Below, piece by piece: positions 41,201 through 56,099 of a stretch of DNA of 64,000 bases. This stretch comes from Octopus vulgaris (taxonomy: Eukaryota). The position numbers and the translations under genes were made by a program. Where the stretch lies: contig OX597833.1 in the NCBI GenBank assembly GCA_951406725.2, forward strand, positions 64,232,001 to 64,296,000, read 5' to 3'. How positions within the stretch are numbered: position 1 is the stretch's first letter; the number at the start of each line of letters is the position of its first letter. Below the pieces are notes generated by a model. That model worked only from the letters and a program-made list of their open reading frames with translations. It was not told the DNA's origin and searched no databases.

Positions 41201-41310
41201 AGACATACACATGTTTGTATGTATGTATGTTTGTATGTATGTATGTATGTATGTATGTATGTATGTATGTATGTATGTATGCATGTGTGTGTGTGAGTAT
41301 ATATATATAT

Positions 41311-41460
41311 ATATTTATCAAAATAAAAACATGATGCAAAGGATTTAGCGGTACATATGTTTCTGGCTTTTATTAGACGCAAAATAAAAGCCGTCTAATA
41401 AAAGCCAGAAACATATGTACCGCTAAATCCTTTGCATCATGTTTTTATTTTGATAAATAT
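41311..41460. repeat. Perfect 69-bp-arm palindrome in (TA)n with hammerhead 3' halves (PLE-like terminus, tail to ~41542)
   Basis: 41311-41379 is the exact reverse complement of 41392-41460; the arms contain GAAA-CATATG-TA-CCGC. Confidence 0.85.
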
Positions 41461-41604
41461 ACACTATCACCTACACCACTAAATGGCATATACAGGTGCT
41501 TACAATTATCAAGTATTCACCCTGAATTTTTTGTACCCAACTATATATATATATATATATATATATATGCATGTATATGTATGTAAATATGTATGCATGT
41601 ATGC

Positions 41605-42125
<521 letters not shown>

Positions 42126-42169
42126 TTTAACTACACAGCCACGTTTTGTTCACCCACAAACACATACAA

Positions 42170-42395
42170 ATGCAAAAGGGGTTGCTGAAAATCTTCTCGA
42201 TTTGGAGTGTCGCAAAAGGCCTTGTTGGAGGCCTAATTTCCAAGTTCTTTTACATGGCTTAGAAAAACTGTAGGACCACTGGAACAAGTGTTCGAATCTG
42301 AGAACGGTAATATTTCGGAGAAAATCCTAATCAACAGATTCTGTTGTATTTTCTTGTACCCAAAGCCAGGAACTTTTCATCACCACGTTGTTTAT
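42170..42395 (+). mobile_element. Third non-autonomous mariner derivative
   Basis: GGGGTTGCTGAAAATCTTC...AGAAAAACTGTAGGACCACTGGAACAAGTG...AAAGCCAGGAACTTTTCATCACC. Confidence 0.7.
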
Positions 42396-42414
42396 GCATA
42401 CATATACGCATATA

Positions 42415-43012
42415 CCTATTTCTTTATTACCCACAAGGGGCTAAACATAGAGGGGACAAAGAAGGACAGCTATACGAATTAAGTCGATTATATCGACCCC
42501 AGTGCGTAACTGGTACTTATTTAATCGACCCCGAAAGGATGAAAGGCAAAATCGACCTCGGCGGAATTTGAACTCAGAACGTAGCGGCAGACGAAATACT
42601 TATTTCCTTACTACCCATAAGGGGCTAAACACATAGAGGACAAACAAGGACAGACAAACGGATGAAGTCGATTATAACGACCCCAGTGTGTAACTGGTAC
42701 TTATTTAATCGACCCCGAAAGGTTGAAAGGCAAAGTCGACTTCGGCAGAATTTGAACTCAGAACGTAACGACAGACGAAATACCTATTTCTTTACTACCC
42801 ACAAGGGGCTAAACACAGAGGGGACAAACAAGGACAGAAAAACGGATTAAGTAGATTACATCGACCCCAGTGCGTAACTGGTACTTATTTAATCGACTCC
42901 GAAAGGATGAAAGGCAAAGTCGACCTCGGCAGAATTTGAACTCAGAACGTAACGCCAGACGAAATACCGCTACGCATTTTGCCCGGCCTGCTAACGTTTC
43001 TGCCAGCTCGCC
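42415..43012 (-). mobile_element. SINE family B trimer
   Basis: One head and three ~183-bp bodies in tandem. Confidence 0.93.
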
Positions 43013-43593
43013 ACATATACCTATGTGTATACGTATACGTAATGTATTTGTGCGTGTGCGCGCGCTTCAAATTATTTTCCATACATTGAGAGCATGCATG
43101 TGCGAAAACGGAATATGACATGTACTTAATTCTGCCAACCATTCCCCTTCCTCATCTCTTCCCATCACCTCTACGTAAGCACATGTTTCTAAACGCTGTA
43201 ATTTCTTTAGACCGTATTTGCAAATATTCTGAGGAATTTCATTACAACGCGAGACAAATGTATTTCTTTGAAGAATCCGAGTTTAGAAGACAACATTGTC
43301 TTGTCTGCAGCTCAGAAAAATATTCCATTCAATTAGTGTGTGTGAACACAACGGTAAGTATACTGGATGTGCATGTGTGTGTGTTTGTGTGTGTGTGTGT
43401 GTGAGTGTGTGTGTGTGTGGGGGGGTATCTGCATTATAAGCTCTTTAGCTCTCTTTTTCTCTCTCTACTGTTTTCTCTTTCTTTTTCACTAATTGTCTCT
43501 TTCTAAACCTGTGTGTGTGTGTATGTGTATGAGGTTTTATGTATTTACTTAAATAGCGTTATATGCATGTATGTTTGTTTGTTTGTATGTATG

Positions 43594-43679
<86 letters not shown>

Positions 43680-43738
43680 GAGAGAGAGAGGTAGATAGAT
43701 ATATAGATAGACAAATAAATAGATAGATATATAGATAG

Positions 43739-43777
<39 letters not shown>

Positions 43778-43857
43778 TAGATAGATAGATAGATAGATAG
43801 GTAGATAGATAGATAGATATAGATAGATAGATAGATAGCTAGATAGATAGATAGATG

Positions 43858-43926
<69 letters not shown>

Positions 43927-43974
43927 GCAGACACATAGATAGATAGGAAGATAGATAGATAGATAGATAGATAT

Positions 43975-44047
<73 letters not shown>
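43680..44047. repeat. (GATA)n microsatellite
   Basis: Direct reading. Confidence 0.95.
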
Positions 44048-44048
<1 letters not shown>

Positions 44049-44244
44049 TGAGAGGTCAGGTCATGTACAACGAGCCTGCGCCGTTGCAGCTTGTCTCTGC
44101 ATCCTTCAATTGTCGGTATTTGCTAGAGTCGAAAACGGCAATCCTCCGTGACAGCATAAATTACACTGATCAACACTTTTCTGGCACAAGGTTTATCAAT
44201 ATCTTTTTAGCTAACTTTGGGGTGCTAAATTCAACTCTGTCACT

Positions 44245-44483
44245 AGTTTTTCTTGTATCACCGATAGTGCTTCACCTGTTAGTACTTTGTTGAACAGGCT
44301 TATCACATCTAGACTCAGCATCTTGTTGGATTCAATGGGGGTATCCTTGATCAATTCTGTGAAGTGGGTGGAATTCTTCACGTACGATGTTGACTTACCT
44401 GCTAATGGACTGATTATATCCACAAGGAAACGGCTCGGTGGCTGACATGTGGAATCTCTACAGCTCACTATAGGTCGTAATGT
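44245..44483 (-). pseudogene. Penelope-like reverse transcriptase fragment
   Basis: TLRPIVSCRDSTCQPPSRFLVDIISPLAGKSTSYVKNSTHFTELIKDTPIESNKMLSLDVISLFNKV matches PLE RT motifs LRPIVS...VKNS..F...SxDVxSLFTxVP. Confidence 0.85.
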
Positions 44484-44489
44484 CTATCG

Positions 44490-44970
44490 CATTAGACTTT
44501 TGAGCTGTTGGCCCTCGATACCCGAATCGTATCTCAGAAACTGTTCGCCATTAACAAGTTTACAAAATTCTTCAGGTACTTCAAAATCAGTTCTAGTTCC
44601 TAGATAAGCGGGAAATCCAGAACATTTTTGTCGGCACCAATGAATAATCCTTGAAATTACAGGCAATCGATGAGGTTGAGAGCAAGTGTTTTCTTTTAGC
44701 TGCCTAAGCTTAGCCGCTATTATGCTACACGAACTTGCTGCTATGCTTTCTACCGCTTCATGTTTCATTTCTACAACCTCTTTTCTAACATTTAACGAGT
44801 CTACATCAGCTGGAAAAATAAATAATTTTCGACTCATTGTTTTCCGTTACCATATGAATTCGCACTGAACACAGACATTTTTCTCACATCTCCAATATTC
44901 GTTTCCTAGTTTTGTATTGCTTTAATGAAAATCGTAGGTATAAATACCTTGATTAACTACTATTCTTTTA
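44490..44970 (-). pseudogene. MULE-type transposase N-terminal fragment with FLYWCH-like domain
   Basis: Minus strand QGIYTYDFH*SNTKLGNEYWRCEK (FLYWCH-like), followed by ...DFEVPEEFCKLVNGEQFLRYDSGIE, typical of metazoan MULE transposases. Confidence 0.65.
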
Positions 44971-45029
44971 CAGTTCTATATTTAAGAGATGAAGAATTAT
45001 GTACATTATTTACATTCGACGGATATTTG

Positions 45030-45590
45030 TCGATAAATTAAGTGCCAATTACGTACTGGGGTCGATGTAATCGACTTAATTCGTTTGTCTGTCCTTGTTT
45101 GTTCTCTCTGTGTGTAGCCCCTTGTGGGTAGTAAAGAAATGGGTATTTCGTCTGTGTTTACGATCTCAGTTCAAATTCCGCCGAGGTCGATTTTACCTTA
45201 CATTCCTTCGAGGTCGATTAAATAAGTACCAGTTACGTACTGGGGTCGATGTAATTGACTTAATCCGTTTGTCTGTCCCTATTTTGTCCTCTCTGTGTGT
45301 AGCCCCTTGGTATTTCGTCTGTGTTTACGATCTCAGTTCAAATTCCGCCGAGGTCGATTTTACCTTACATTCCTTCGAGGTCGATTAAATAAGTACCAGT
45401 TACGTACTGGGGTCGATGTAATTGACTTAATCCGTTTGTCTGTCCCTATTTTGTCCTCTCTGTGTGTAGCCCCTTGGTATTTCGTCTGTGTTTACGATCT
45501 CAGTTCAAATTCCGCCGAGGTCGATTTTACCTTATATTCCTTCGAGGTCGATTAAATAAGTACGATTTACGCACTCGGGTAGATGTGGCA
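45030..45590 (+). repeat. Headless SINE-B tandem array (~167-bp units)
   Basis: Three near-identical units starting GGTATTTCGTCTGTGTTTACGATCTCAGTTCAAATTCCGCCGAGG (~45142, 45309, 45476), preceded by a partial unit. Confidence 0.9.
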
Positions 45591-45639
45591 AAAATTTGAA
45601 ATCATTATTTGTCAACACAACGCGCAGAAAAAAATAAGG

Positions 45640-46440
45640 TAAGTTAATTTATGAGGATGAGACTATGATGAGATGATTGCTTGGCTGTAACTTATCGTAA
45701 AATTGGACGTATGTTAACCAATTTCGATTGAACATTAATCAATATATTCAAAGAATTCCATCTAAAATCACAATAGCTATAATCTCCAAAATAGTAAACT
45801 TTGTAGACATAAGGTTAAATAATAAACGAGAATTACTCCTGCTGAAAACCGAACGAAGAAAGATTATACTATGAAATATCTGCTTACGGGTCTAAATATA
45901 CTTGAGACAGTGTTAGTTAACAAAAATCACATTTGTCATGATATAACTATGAAATCCATCAAAAAGTTCTAAATAAACTATCTTTTATACCAGCACTGTC
46001 TTACGATAAAATGAAATTCATAGAATAACGCTTACAAAACATAATAACAATGAATACAGACAGACGTGTATGATTTACTGTTAACACACATTTTCCATGA
46101 AGGTAGCAACAGACGTAACATATCTTTCCAGTATATGCAAGCACACTGCTTAAAAATATCTCAAGATATACAATCAAATGTTCTTAGAAGCCCATTAGCA
46201 TTGGAAGATTAACAAAATTACATAATCAGTTCGAGCTAAACCTAACAGTAGAAATACATGAACTATCGCAGCATATATGGTACTTCAAACACGGGAGTCA
46301 AAAAAATATATTAGTATAGTAGAGAACGTTATTGAGGAAAGGAAACCATCTGGCAAGCGTTGACAGAATGAGAACTATGTATTGCTGAAAAACACCGATC
46401 TCTTAAAACAACTAGAGAGGAAAGATTTTCAATCTATTTA
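45640..46440 (+). pseudogene. Heavily decayed Penelope-like RT/endonuclease ORF
   Basis: Motifs in order: xRDDCL (cf. YRDDGL), LINIFKEFHLKITIAIISKIVNFVDIRLN (cf. LKITIE...VNFLDVTL), KPNE, FSMKVATDV, ELSQHIWYFK, LCIAEK. Confidence 0.7.
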
Positions 46441-46444
46441 CCCA

Positions 46445-46848
46445 GGCACAGGCCTGGCTGTGTGGTAAGTAGCTTGTTGCCGAACCACATGGTTCAGGGT
46501 TCAGTCCCACTGCATGGTACCTTGGACAAGTGTCTTCTAATATAGCCTCGGACCGACCAAAGACTTATGAGTAGATTTGGTAAACGGAAACTGAAAGAAG
46601 CCCGTCGTATATACATGTATGTATGTATATATGTATGTATGCATTGTGTTTGTTCCACCACCATTGCTTGACAACCGATGTTCGTGCCTGTATGTCCTCA
46701 TAACTTAGCGGTTGGGCAAATGGAACCGATAGAATAAGTACTAGGCTTATAAAGAATAAGTCTTTGGGTCGATTTGTTCGACATAAGGCGGTGCTCCTGC
46801 ATGGCCGCAGTCAAATGACTGAAACAATTAAAGAAACAAATAAAAGAA
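46445..46848 (+). mobile_element. Full-length SINE family A
   Basis: Head to tail match. Confidence 0.93.
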
Positions 46849-47250
46849 ACAGGCACGTAATTCCATTCGCAGACTAATAATGGTAACTCCGCCAGAGAGA
46901 TAACAACTACAAACCGGTAAACGTCTGAGGGAAAAAATATAAATTTTAACAAAAGTGAGCAAGACGGCTAATTCCCTTTTCCAGACAAAATAATAGCTTA
47001 TGAGTAAATTATCTCTATAATTAATAATTGATAATTAATAATTAATGTTTTTATTTTCGTTTCGAACGATCTTCCCCAACGTCATGTTCTCTTAATAACT
47101 TCGGGGACAGAATCAAATAGCTAAGTAAATTAACGCAACCAATATGTTTTTGTTTTTTTTTTGTATTTTGCAAAAATCTAAATTAGTCGTTTGAAAAAGA
47201 TCACGAATACCACAGAACGCAGATTAGTGGCGCAAAATTCATCGACTGAA

Positions 47251-48245
47251 CGGTGGCGAGCTGGCAGAATCGTTAGCACGCCGGGCGAAATGCGTAGCCG
47301 TATTTCGTCTGCCGTTATTTTCTGAGTTCAAATTCCGCCGAGGTTGACTTTGTCTTTCATCCTTTCGGGGGGTCGATAAATTAAGTACCAGTTACGCACT
47401 GAGGTCGATGTAATCGACTTAATACCTATGTCTGTCTTTGTTCGTCCCCTCAGTGTTTAGCCCCTTGTGGGTAGTAAAGAAATATATACTGTATCGAAGC
47501 AGTTATTTAAGGCGGCGAGCTGGCAGAATCGTTAGCACGCCGGGCGAAATGCGTAGCCGTATTTCGTCCGCCGTTACGTTCTGAGTTCAAATTCTGCCGA
47601 GGTTGACTTTGGCCTTTCATCCTTTCGGGGTCAATAAATTAAGTACCAGTTACGTACTGGGGATCAATGTAATCGACTTAATCCCTTTATCTGTCCTTGT
47701 TTGTTCCCTCTATGTTTAGCCCCTTGTGGGCAATAAAAAATTAAGAAACGTTAGCACGCTGGATGAAATGCTTAGCAGTATTTCGTCTGTCTTTAGGTTC
47801 TGGGTTCAAATACCGCCGAGGTTGACTTTGCCGTTCATCCTTTCGGGGGGGGGGTCGATAAATTAAATACCAGTTACGCACTGGGCTCGATGTAATCGAT
47901 TATATCGCCCCCAGTGCGTAAATGGTACTTATTTAATCGACCCCGAAAGGATGAAAGGCAAAGTCGAACTCGGCGGAATTTGAACTCAGAACGTAGCGGC
48001 AGACGAAATACGGCTACGCATTTCGCCCGACGTGCTAACGTTTCTGCCAGCTCGCCGCGATAAATTAAATACCAGTTACGCACTGGGGTCGATGTAATCG
48101 ACTTATTCCCTTTGTCTATGAGAAGCAAAGTCGATGAGAAGCAAAGTGAACCTAAGTTTAAATCGAACTCAGAAAGTGAAAACGGGCGAAATGAGGCTAA
48201 GCCGTTCGTCCGGCGAGCTAATTATTCTTGTAGCACGCCAGCTTA
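47251..48245. mobile_element. SINE family B cluster with an inverted copy (47900-48058) nested in a plus-strand dimer
   Basis: Plus copies at 47251-47485 and 47510-47900; minus copy at 47900-48058; duplicated GATAAATTAAATACCAGTTACGCACTGGG on either side. Confidence 0.9.
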
Positions 48246-48341
48246 AAGACAGATCAAGATTCTTATGGTGCTCATTAAAAGTCTCTATAGGCCGAATAAT
48301 TCATATCGGAATTATTACTATTTTACTGTAGAATATTCCAT

Positions 48342-48973
48342 AGGAGTGACTGTGTGGTAAGTAGCTTGCTAACCAACCACATGGTTCCGGGTTCAGTCCC
48401 ACTGCGTGGCAACTTGGGCAAGTGTCTTCTGCTATAGCCCCGGGCCGACCAATGCCTTGTGAGTGGAGTTGGTAGACTGAAACTGAAAGAAGCCTGTCGT
48501 ATATATGTCTATATATATATAAGTGTATGTGTATGTGTACATGTTTGTGTGTCTGTGTTTGTCCCCCTAGCATTGCTTGACAACCGATGCTGGTGTGTTT
48601 ACGTCCCCGTCACTTAGCGGTTCGGCAAAAAGAGACCGATAGAATAAGTACTGGGCTTACAAAAGAATAAGTCCCGGGGTCGATTTGCTCGACTAAAAGA
48701 AGCCTGTCGTATATATGTATATATATGTATATATATAAGTGTATCTGTGTGTGTATATGTTTGTGTGTCTGTGTTTGTCCCCCTAGCATTGCTTGACAAC
48801 CGACGCTGGTGTGTTTACGTCGCCGTCCCTTAGCGGTTCGGCAAAAGAGACCGATAGAATAAGTACTGGGCTTATAAAAAGAATAAGTCCCGGCGGGGTC
48901 GATTTGCTCGACTAAAAGGCGGTGCTCCAGCATGGCCGCAGTCAAATGACTGAAACAAGTAATAGAGTAAAAG
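48342..48973 (+). mobile_element. SINE family A with internal tandem duplication
   Basis: The segment AAAGAAGCCTGTCG...TTGCTCGACTAAAAG occurs twice (~48487-48697 and ~48697-48917). Confidence 0.92.
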
Positions 48974-49290
48974 AGTATATCCACGTCTTTGTAGTAAATG
49001 ATTCCAAGCTGATCTTTTCTGCCCTCTAGGTATGTTAATGGCTTCGTTATCAACAATGAAAGCACAGGCCTTTAGTCTGATTCTGATGTTAATGTTTTTC
49101 AGTGTATTTCTTTTATTTGTTTCGTTAAAAAATGTTATTAAAAGAGTGATATTTTTCAAGGAGTGCATAATACAAGATCTTTTCCATTTTAAGAATTGTA
49201 TTCTCAGATCATATGTATTTTTGCTGCCAGAAGAAGGTGTTCCGTACGTCTGAAATCAGACAAGCCACAATCCTCTTACGTATACATATA

Positions 49291-49372
<82 letters not shown>

Positions 49373-49441
49373 TATATATATATATATATATGTGTGAGAG
49401 AAAGAAAGAGTGTGTGTGTGATGTGTGAACGCATGTCTGTA

Positions 49442-49484
<43 letters not shown>

Positions 49485-49605
49485 CACATGTATATATATA
49501 TATAAATATATATATACATATATATATGTACATATATATTTATACACATATATATACAGACATATTTACATATATATATGTATATACATACACACAAGTA
49601 TATAT

Positions 49606-49644
<39 letters not shown>

Positions 49645-49694
49645 CATACACACGCATATGTATATACATATACATGTATAAATACATACATACG

Positions 49695-49729
<35 letters not shown>

Positions 49730-49944
49730 GTGTGTATATGATATGATACGATATAGCTATATCTAGAACTGAGAAGTGTCTGTATCTGAGTGTATTTTTG
49801 AGAAGCTTTATAGCATCCATAAATAACCTTGTCATAATTTTCCTCCATCCCCAAGTCTGTTCTTCTTCTACAAAAACTTCGTAATTATGTAATGTCACTT
49901 GACGTTTCTTCTCTTCAGAAATATACACATACATACATGTGTGT

Positions 49945-50029
<85 letters not shown>

Positions 50030-50204
50030 CATACATACATACATATATATATGAGTATATACATACATATTTTAAACATATATATAGATATATATGAAGA
50101 ATTGATATATGGGTTTATACACCTGTCTTCGTCTTTTGATTTTCTATATTTCAACTATATATATGTATATATATATATGTGTGTGTGTGTGTGTATATAT
50201 GTAT

Positions 50205-50237
<33 letters not shown>

Positions 50238-50549
50238 TATGTATCTATGTATGTATCTATGTATGTATGTATGTATGTATGTATGTATGTATGTATGTAT
50301 ATGTATATATATACATTTATTTATATCAGTGCGTATGTTTGTGTGTGTATATGCGTGCGCATGATATATATCATTCTCCACCTCTTTTTTTGCATGTAAT
50401 TCAGTAAATTTACTAATTATACTTACAACAACGTTCTTCTACCTCTTCTGCTGTTTTTTTTTTGCTTTGTATACCTGTATAATATCAACGTAGACCTACA
50501 TGTTCACCTGGTCGAGCGAGGTTTCAATTATAGGACCGCTTTATGTTCT

Positions 50550-50963
50550 GCTCTACAACACATGGCTCTAGTAACATAGGAATGGATGGTTGCAAATTTT
50601 CCTGATTGCATAAACCCCAATAATCCTAATTCCCCAGATCTCAATCCATTGGACTATTACATGTGGAGCGCTGTTGAGAGAGAGGTCAATGAACATACCC
50701 ATAACACCAAAGATTCTTTGAAAGCTGCCATAGTCAGTGTAACGTCCAAAATTAACCAGGCCCAATTGATTGGAGCATGTAGATAAGTTAGTTATCATAT
50801 ACAAGCAGTTGTTGAAGGCGAAGGTGGGTTTATTGGATAACATTACAGAAAAGAAGGTTTATCTTTTTATCCCCATAGCATTTTTTGATAAATAAAGTTA
50901 TCTGTTATCATATATCTGTTCCTTTATAAGAGTAAATATGTGCTCAAATATTTTACGCACCCT

Positions 50964-50966
<3 letters not shown>
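50550..50966 (+). mobile_element. maT/DD37D transposon 3' end with TIR
   Basis: PNSPDLNPLDYYMWSAVEREVNEHTHNTKDSLKAAI...IQAVVEGEGGFI; ends CTCAAATATTTTACGCACCCTG-TA. Confidence 0.88.
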
Positions 50967-51004
<38 letters not shown>

Positions 51005-51014
51005 TACATATATA

Positions 51015-51101
<87 letters not shown>

Positions 51102-51269
51102 CATGTTGTGCGTAAGTGCAAATATTTTTCTGGCCTATTGAACCTCGTGTATGTATTCTACCACAAAATGCTAAAACAAATAGAGTTGGGTATGTTTATC
51201 TAATAATCTTCTACTAATATGCTTATAAAAGACATTGAATCTTGACCGCATAGAATATGCACAACGTAT

Positions 51270-51302
<33 letters not shown>

Positions 51303-51639
51303 TATATTTATACATATGCATATATACTTACGTACGCACAAACATATATATGTATATATATATACATATGTACACACACACACACAAACACACACATATA
51401 TATATACATATATATATTTATATACATATGCATATATACTTACACACATATATATGTATATATATACATATGTACACACACATATACATATATGAATGCA
51501 CATATATATATATATATGTATATAAATACATATATATATTTACATGCATATATACGTACATACACACGCATCTATATATGTATATACATATATGTGCGAA
51601 TCTATGTCTGTATATATATATACACTCACATACATACAT

Positions 51640-51726
<87 letters not shown>

Positions 51727-52299
51727 CACGATGCATACATCTACCTTCAGATGTCCGCATCTGCTATCGCGTCTTCTTTATGTATGTGTATGCTTATATA
51801 AGTACGAACATAAACCGTACTCACAAGCACTTACGTCGTCCTACACATTCACACCATCTGCAAACTTCCTATACACACACAAACACAGACACACAATCAC
51901 ACATGCATAAACACACCACACAGACACAGACACATACCAACGAAACACGCATTTCCAGATTAGTTCTATACTGACGTCAAACATCAGTTTTTTTCCTTCT
52001 TCTCTTTCACTTTTCCTTCTCTTTTCTCCTATTTTTGTTGATATTTACTTATTTATTTTAATGTTTAACAACTAAAGAAAAAAAGATAAACAAGAATCAT
52101 CAATGTCGATTGACAATAACACTTCAAAATCTAAACTAGACATTTCGCTTTTATAATAACACTTTTTCACAAATTCTCATCGATAAATACTCATTATATA
52201 ATATATTGGAGTTGTTGTTGTTTTCCTTGTTGTTGTTGTTGCATTCTTTTATCCTAATATTGTGATAATAGTATTTTATAAATATTTTAAAATACAATT

Positions 52300-52905
<606 letters not shown>

Positions 52906-53066
52906 TTTGTTTTGCTTTTCTTTGTTGTTTGTTTGCTCTTTCGTCTTATTTTGGGCATTTCATTCTTTTTTTTAAAATGTCAGTATGACAACTTTTTGAA
53001 GTTTCACTTCATTAGAAACATTACTTTCTTTCTCTCTCTCTCTTTCTCTCTCTCGTTCTCTCTCTG

Positions 53067-53097
<31 letters not shown>

Positions 53098-53399
53098 CAT
53101 AGGTATATATACTACATAGTCAAACCCATAAACTCAAATACGCATGCCCCCACATATATATCTATATATACACATGCGCATAGATATAGATATGTTTGAA
53201 TATATATATATATATATATATACACGTACATACACACATATCTATATGTGTGTATGTTTGTGTGTAAAACATCTACATACATACATGTTTAGTATCTGTT
53301 CCTACATCTGCGTATGCATCTCACTCGGACTGTCTCTATATTTATTTATGTGTGTGTGTTTATAAAGGCTATAAGATAGAACTTTATACAAATACGTAC

Positions 53400-53446
<47 letters not shown>

Positions 53447-53584
53447 CATCTATCTCCCCCATCAATCAGCCTTTTTTCTTCCTGTCTGTTTGTATCTCTT
53501 TCCTTCCTTCCTTATATATACACATACACATACACATACATATATCCACAAGCATACCTATATCCACATACACACACAGACAGA

Positions 53585-53673
<89 letters not shown>

Positions 53674-53699
53674 AAAGAATATATGCGACACGCTTCTAC

Positions 53700-54092
53700 A
53701 ATGCTGCACTTATAGAAACTCTCCGCATTCGCTACACACGTGGCTCTGTGAGCAAATAAATGGATTTGTCAAGATATCCATGTAGTGGTCAGTCTCTTTC
53801 GTACTTCCAAAAATATGGTGGGGTCAACATGTAAATTAACATAGGCAAATTCATATTTGGAACTTGAGAAAGTCTTGCATACTTTTACTGTTCCACTCAC
53901 AGACTTCACTTCTAATGTACGAATCAGCCGGTCGATTTCTCTGTCTGAAAATCCCAGTTTATCCAGATTCTCATTTAAGCATTTACTAACAAAACCTAGT
54001 ACTCCAATTATTATTGGTATGGATATGAGTTCATGGTCTAGATATACAAGCTAGAGTTTTCGAAGCAGTTGTCCATAGATTTCTTCGATTTT
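53700..54092 (-). mobile_element. Second R4/Dong-like 3' end adjacent to (TACA)n
   Basis: Minus strand KIEEIYGQLLRKL*LVYLDHELISIPIIIGVLGFVSKCLNENLDKLGFSDREIDRLIRTLEVKSVSGTVKVCKTF, homologous at protein level to 4571-4823. Confidence 0.7.
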
Positions 54093-55284
54093 GTATGTAT
54101 GTATGTATGTATGTATGTATGTATGTATGTATGTATGTATGTATGTATGTATGTATGTATGTTAGAATGACAGATAATGCCTTTAGTACAAACCCTGACG
54201 TATTAAATTATTTCGACATAAAATTTCCGAATATGATACAATATATTAAATATGTAGTTTTTTTTTACAGGGCAGCTCTCCACCCTCACAGAATACTGAC
54301 AGCTGTTTCAAATATAGCATGAATTTTTAAATAGAAATTTCTCAATTTGGCATTTAGTGGCAGTGATGTGATGTAGACAAATGATTCACTTATCAATCGG
54401 ACGCCAGCAAAATTGTATATTTTTTAATATTTTATGCCGTAGCATTATACGCCATGATAAATCCCGGACTCTTAATTAAAGACACACGCTGGTTTGGACA
54501 CACGCACACGCAGACATACACACACACACACACACACGTACAAACATACATATATACACACACTTGCACGAATGCTTAATAAGTTATATAAGAATGAAAG
54601 ACTCGAAGTCTTCGAGAATTTCTTGACAGGTTTCGATACCAGATCTTCGATCCCCACTGTCATTTTTTTGCTAGCGTAATATTTGACCCCCATCACACAC
54701 ACGCACCACATACAGACACACATATACGCACACATACACACATTTATACACACATACAACCGCTATGTGGTTGTATTTTCGTATAAGCGCATGGATTTGT
54801 GTCTATGAATATGTATGATGTTTTAGTTTTTCTAGTGATTTCTGACATTGGACATCAGCTCTAAATTCAGGTGTGTGTGTGTGTATGTGTGTGTGTGTGT
54901 ATGCGTGTGTGTGGAGCTTATATTGATCTTTTGTACATATTTCTGTTTAGTACTGACTTATCGATCTCTATTTTCTTTTTTTTTTTTTTTCATTTTGAGT
55001 CGTTAAGACACTTTTTGAAGCTACACCGGTTTCAGAACTAGAATCAAGTAGGCAGACACACACACACACACACTTCTTTACATACACGCGCGCACACGCA
55101 CACACACGCACACACACGCACACACACACACACACATACACACACAAACACACGCACACATGCAGACACACACACACATTTACGCACTGCTTCTCTATGC
55201 AGTGGAAGAAAATAATGCGCTTACATGCACACATACACACACACACGCACGCACACACACACATATATATATTATATGCATATA

Positions 55285-55520
55285 TATTTATTTCTTTACT
55301 ACCCACAAGGGGCTAAACACAGAGGGGACAAACAAGGACAGACAAACGGATTAAGTCGATTACATCGACCCCAGTGCGTAACTGGTACTTAAATTATCGA
55401 CCTCGAAAGGATGAAAGGCAAAGTCGACCTCGGCGGAATTTGAACCCAGAACGTAACGGCAGACGAAATGCGGCTACGCATTTCGCCCGGCGTGCTAACC
55501 GTTCTGCCAGCTCGCCGCCT
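55285..55520 (-). mobile_element. Full-length SINE family B
   Basis: Reverse complement of the family B consensus. Confidence 0.95.
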
Positions 55521-55535
55521 CATATACATATATAT

Positions 55536-56073
<538 letters not shown>

Positions 56074-56099
56074 GGAGAAAGAGTGGGAGAATTATATGG

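Noticed and set aside
42415-45590. Regularly spaced repeats resembling a CRISPR array
   Set aside because: Units are whole SINE bodies without unique spacers; the context is eukaryotic and there are no cas genes.
54288-54312. Minus-strand GAAACAGCTGTC hammerhead half-site
   Set aside because: No upstream CUGANGA box or stem II found.
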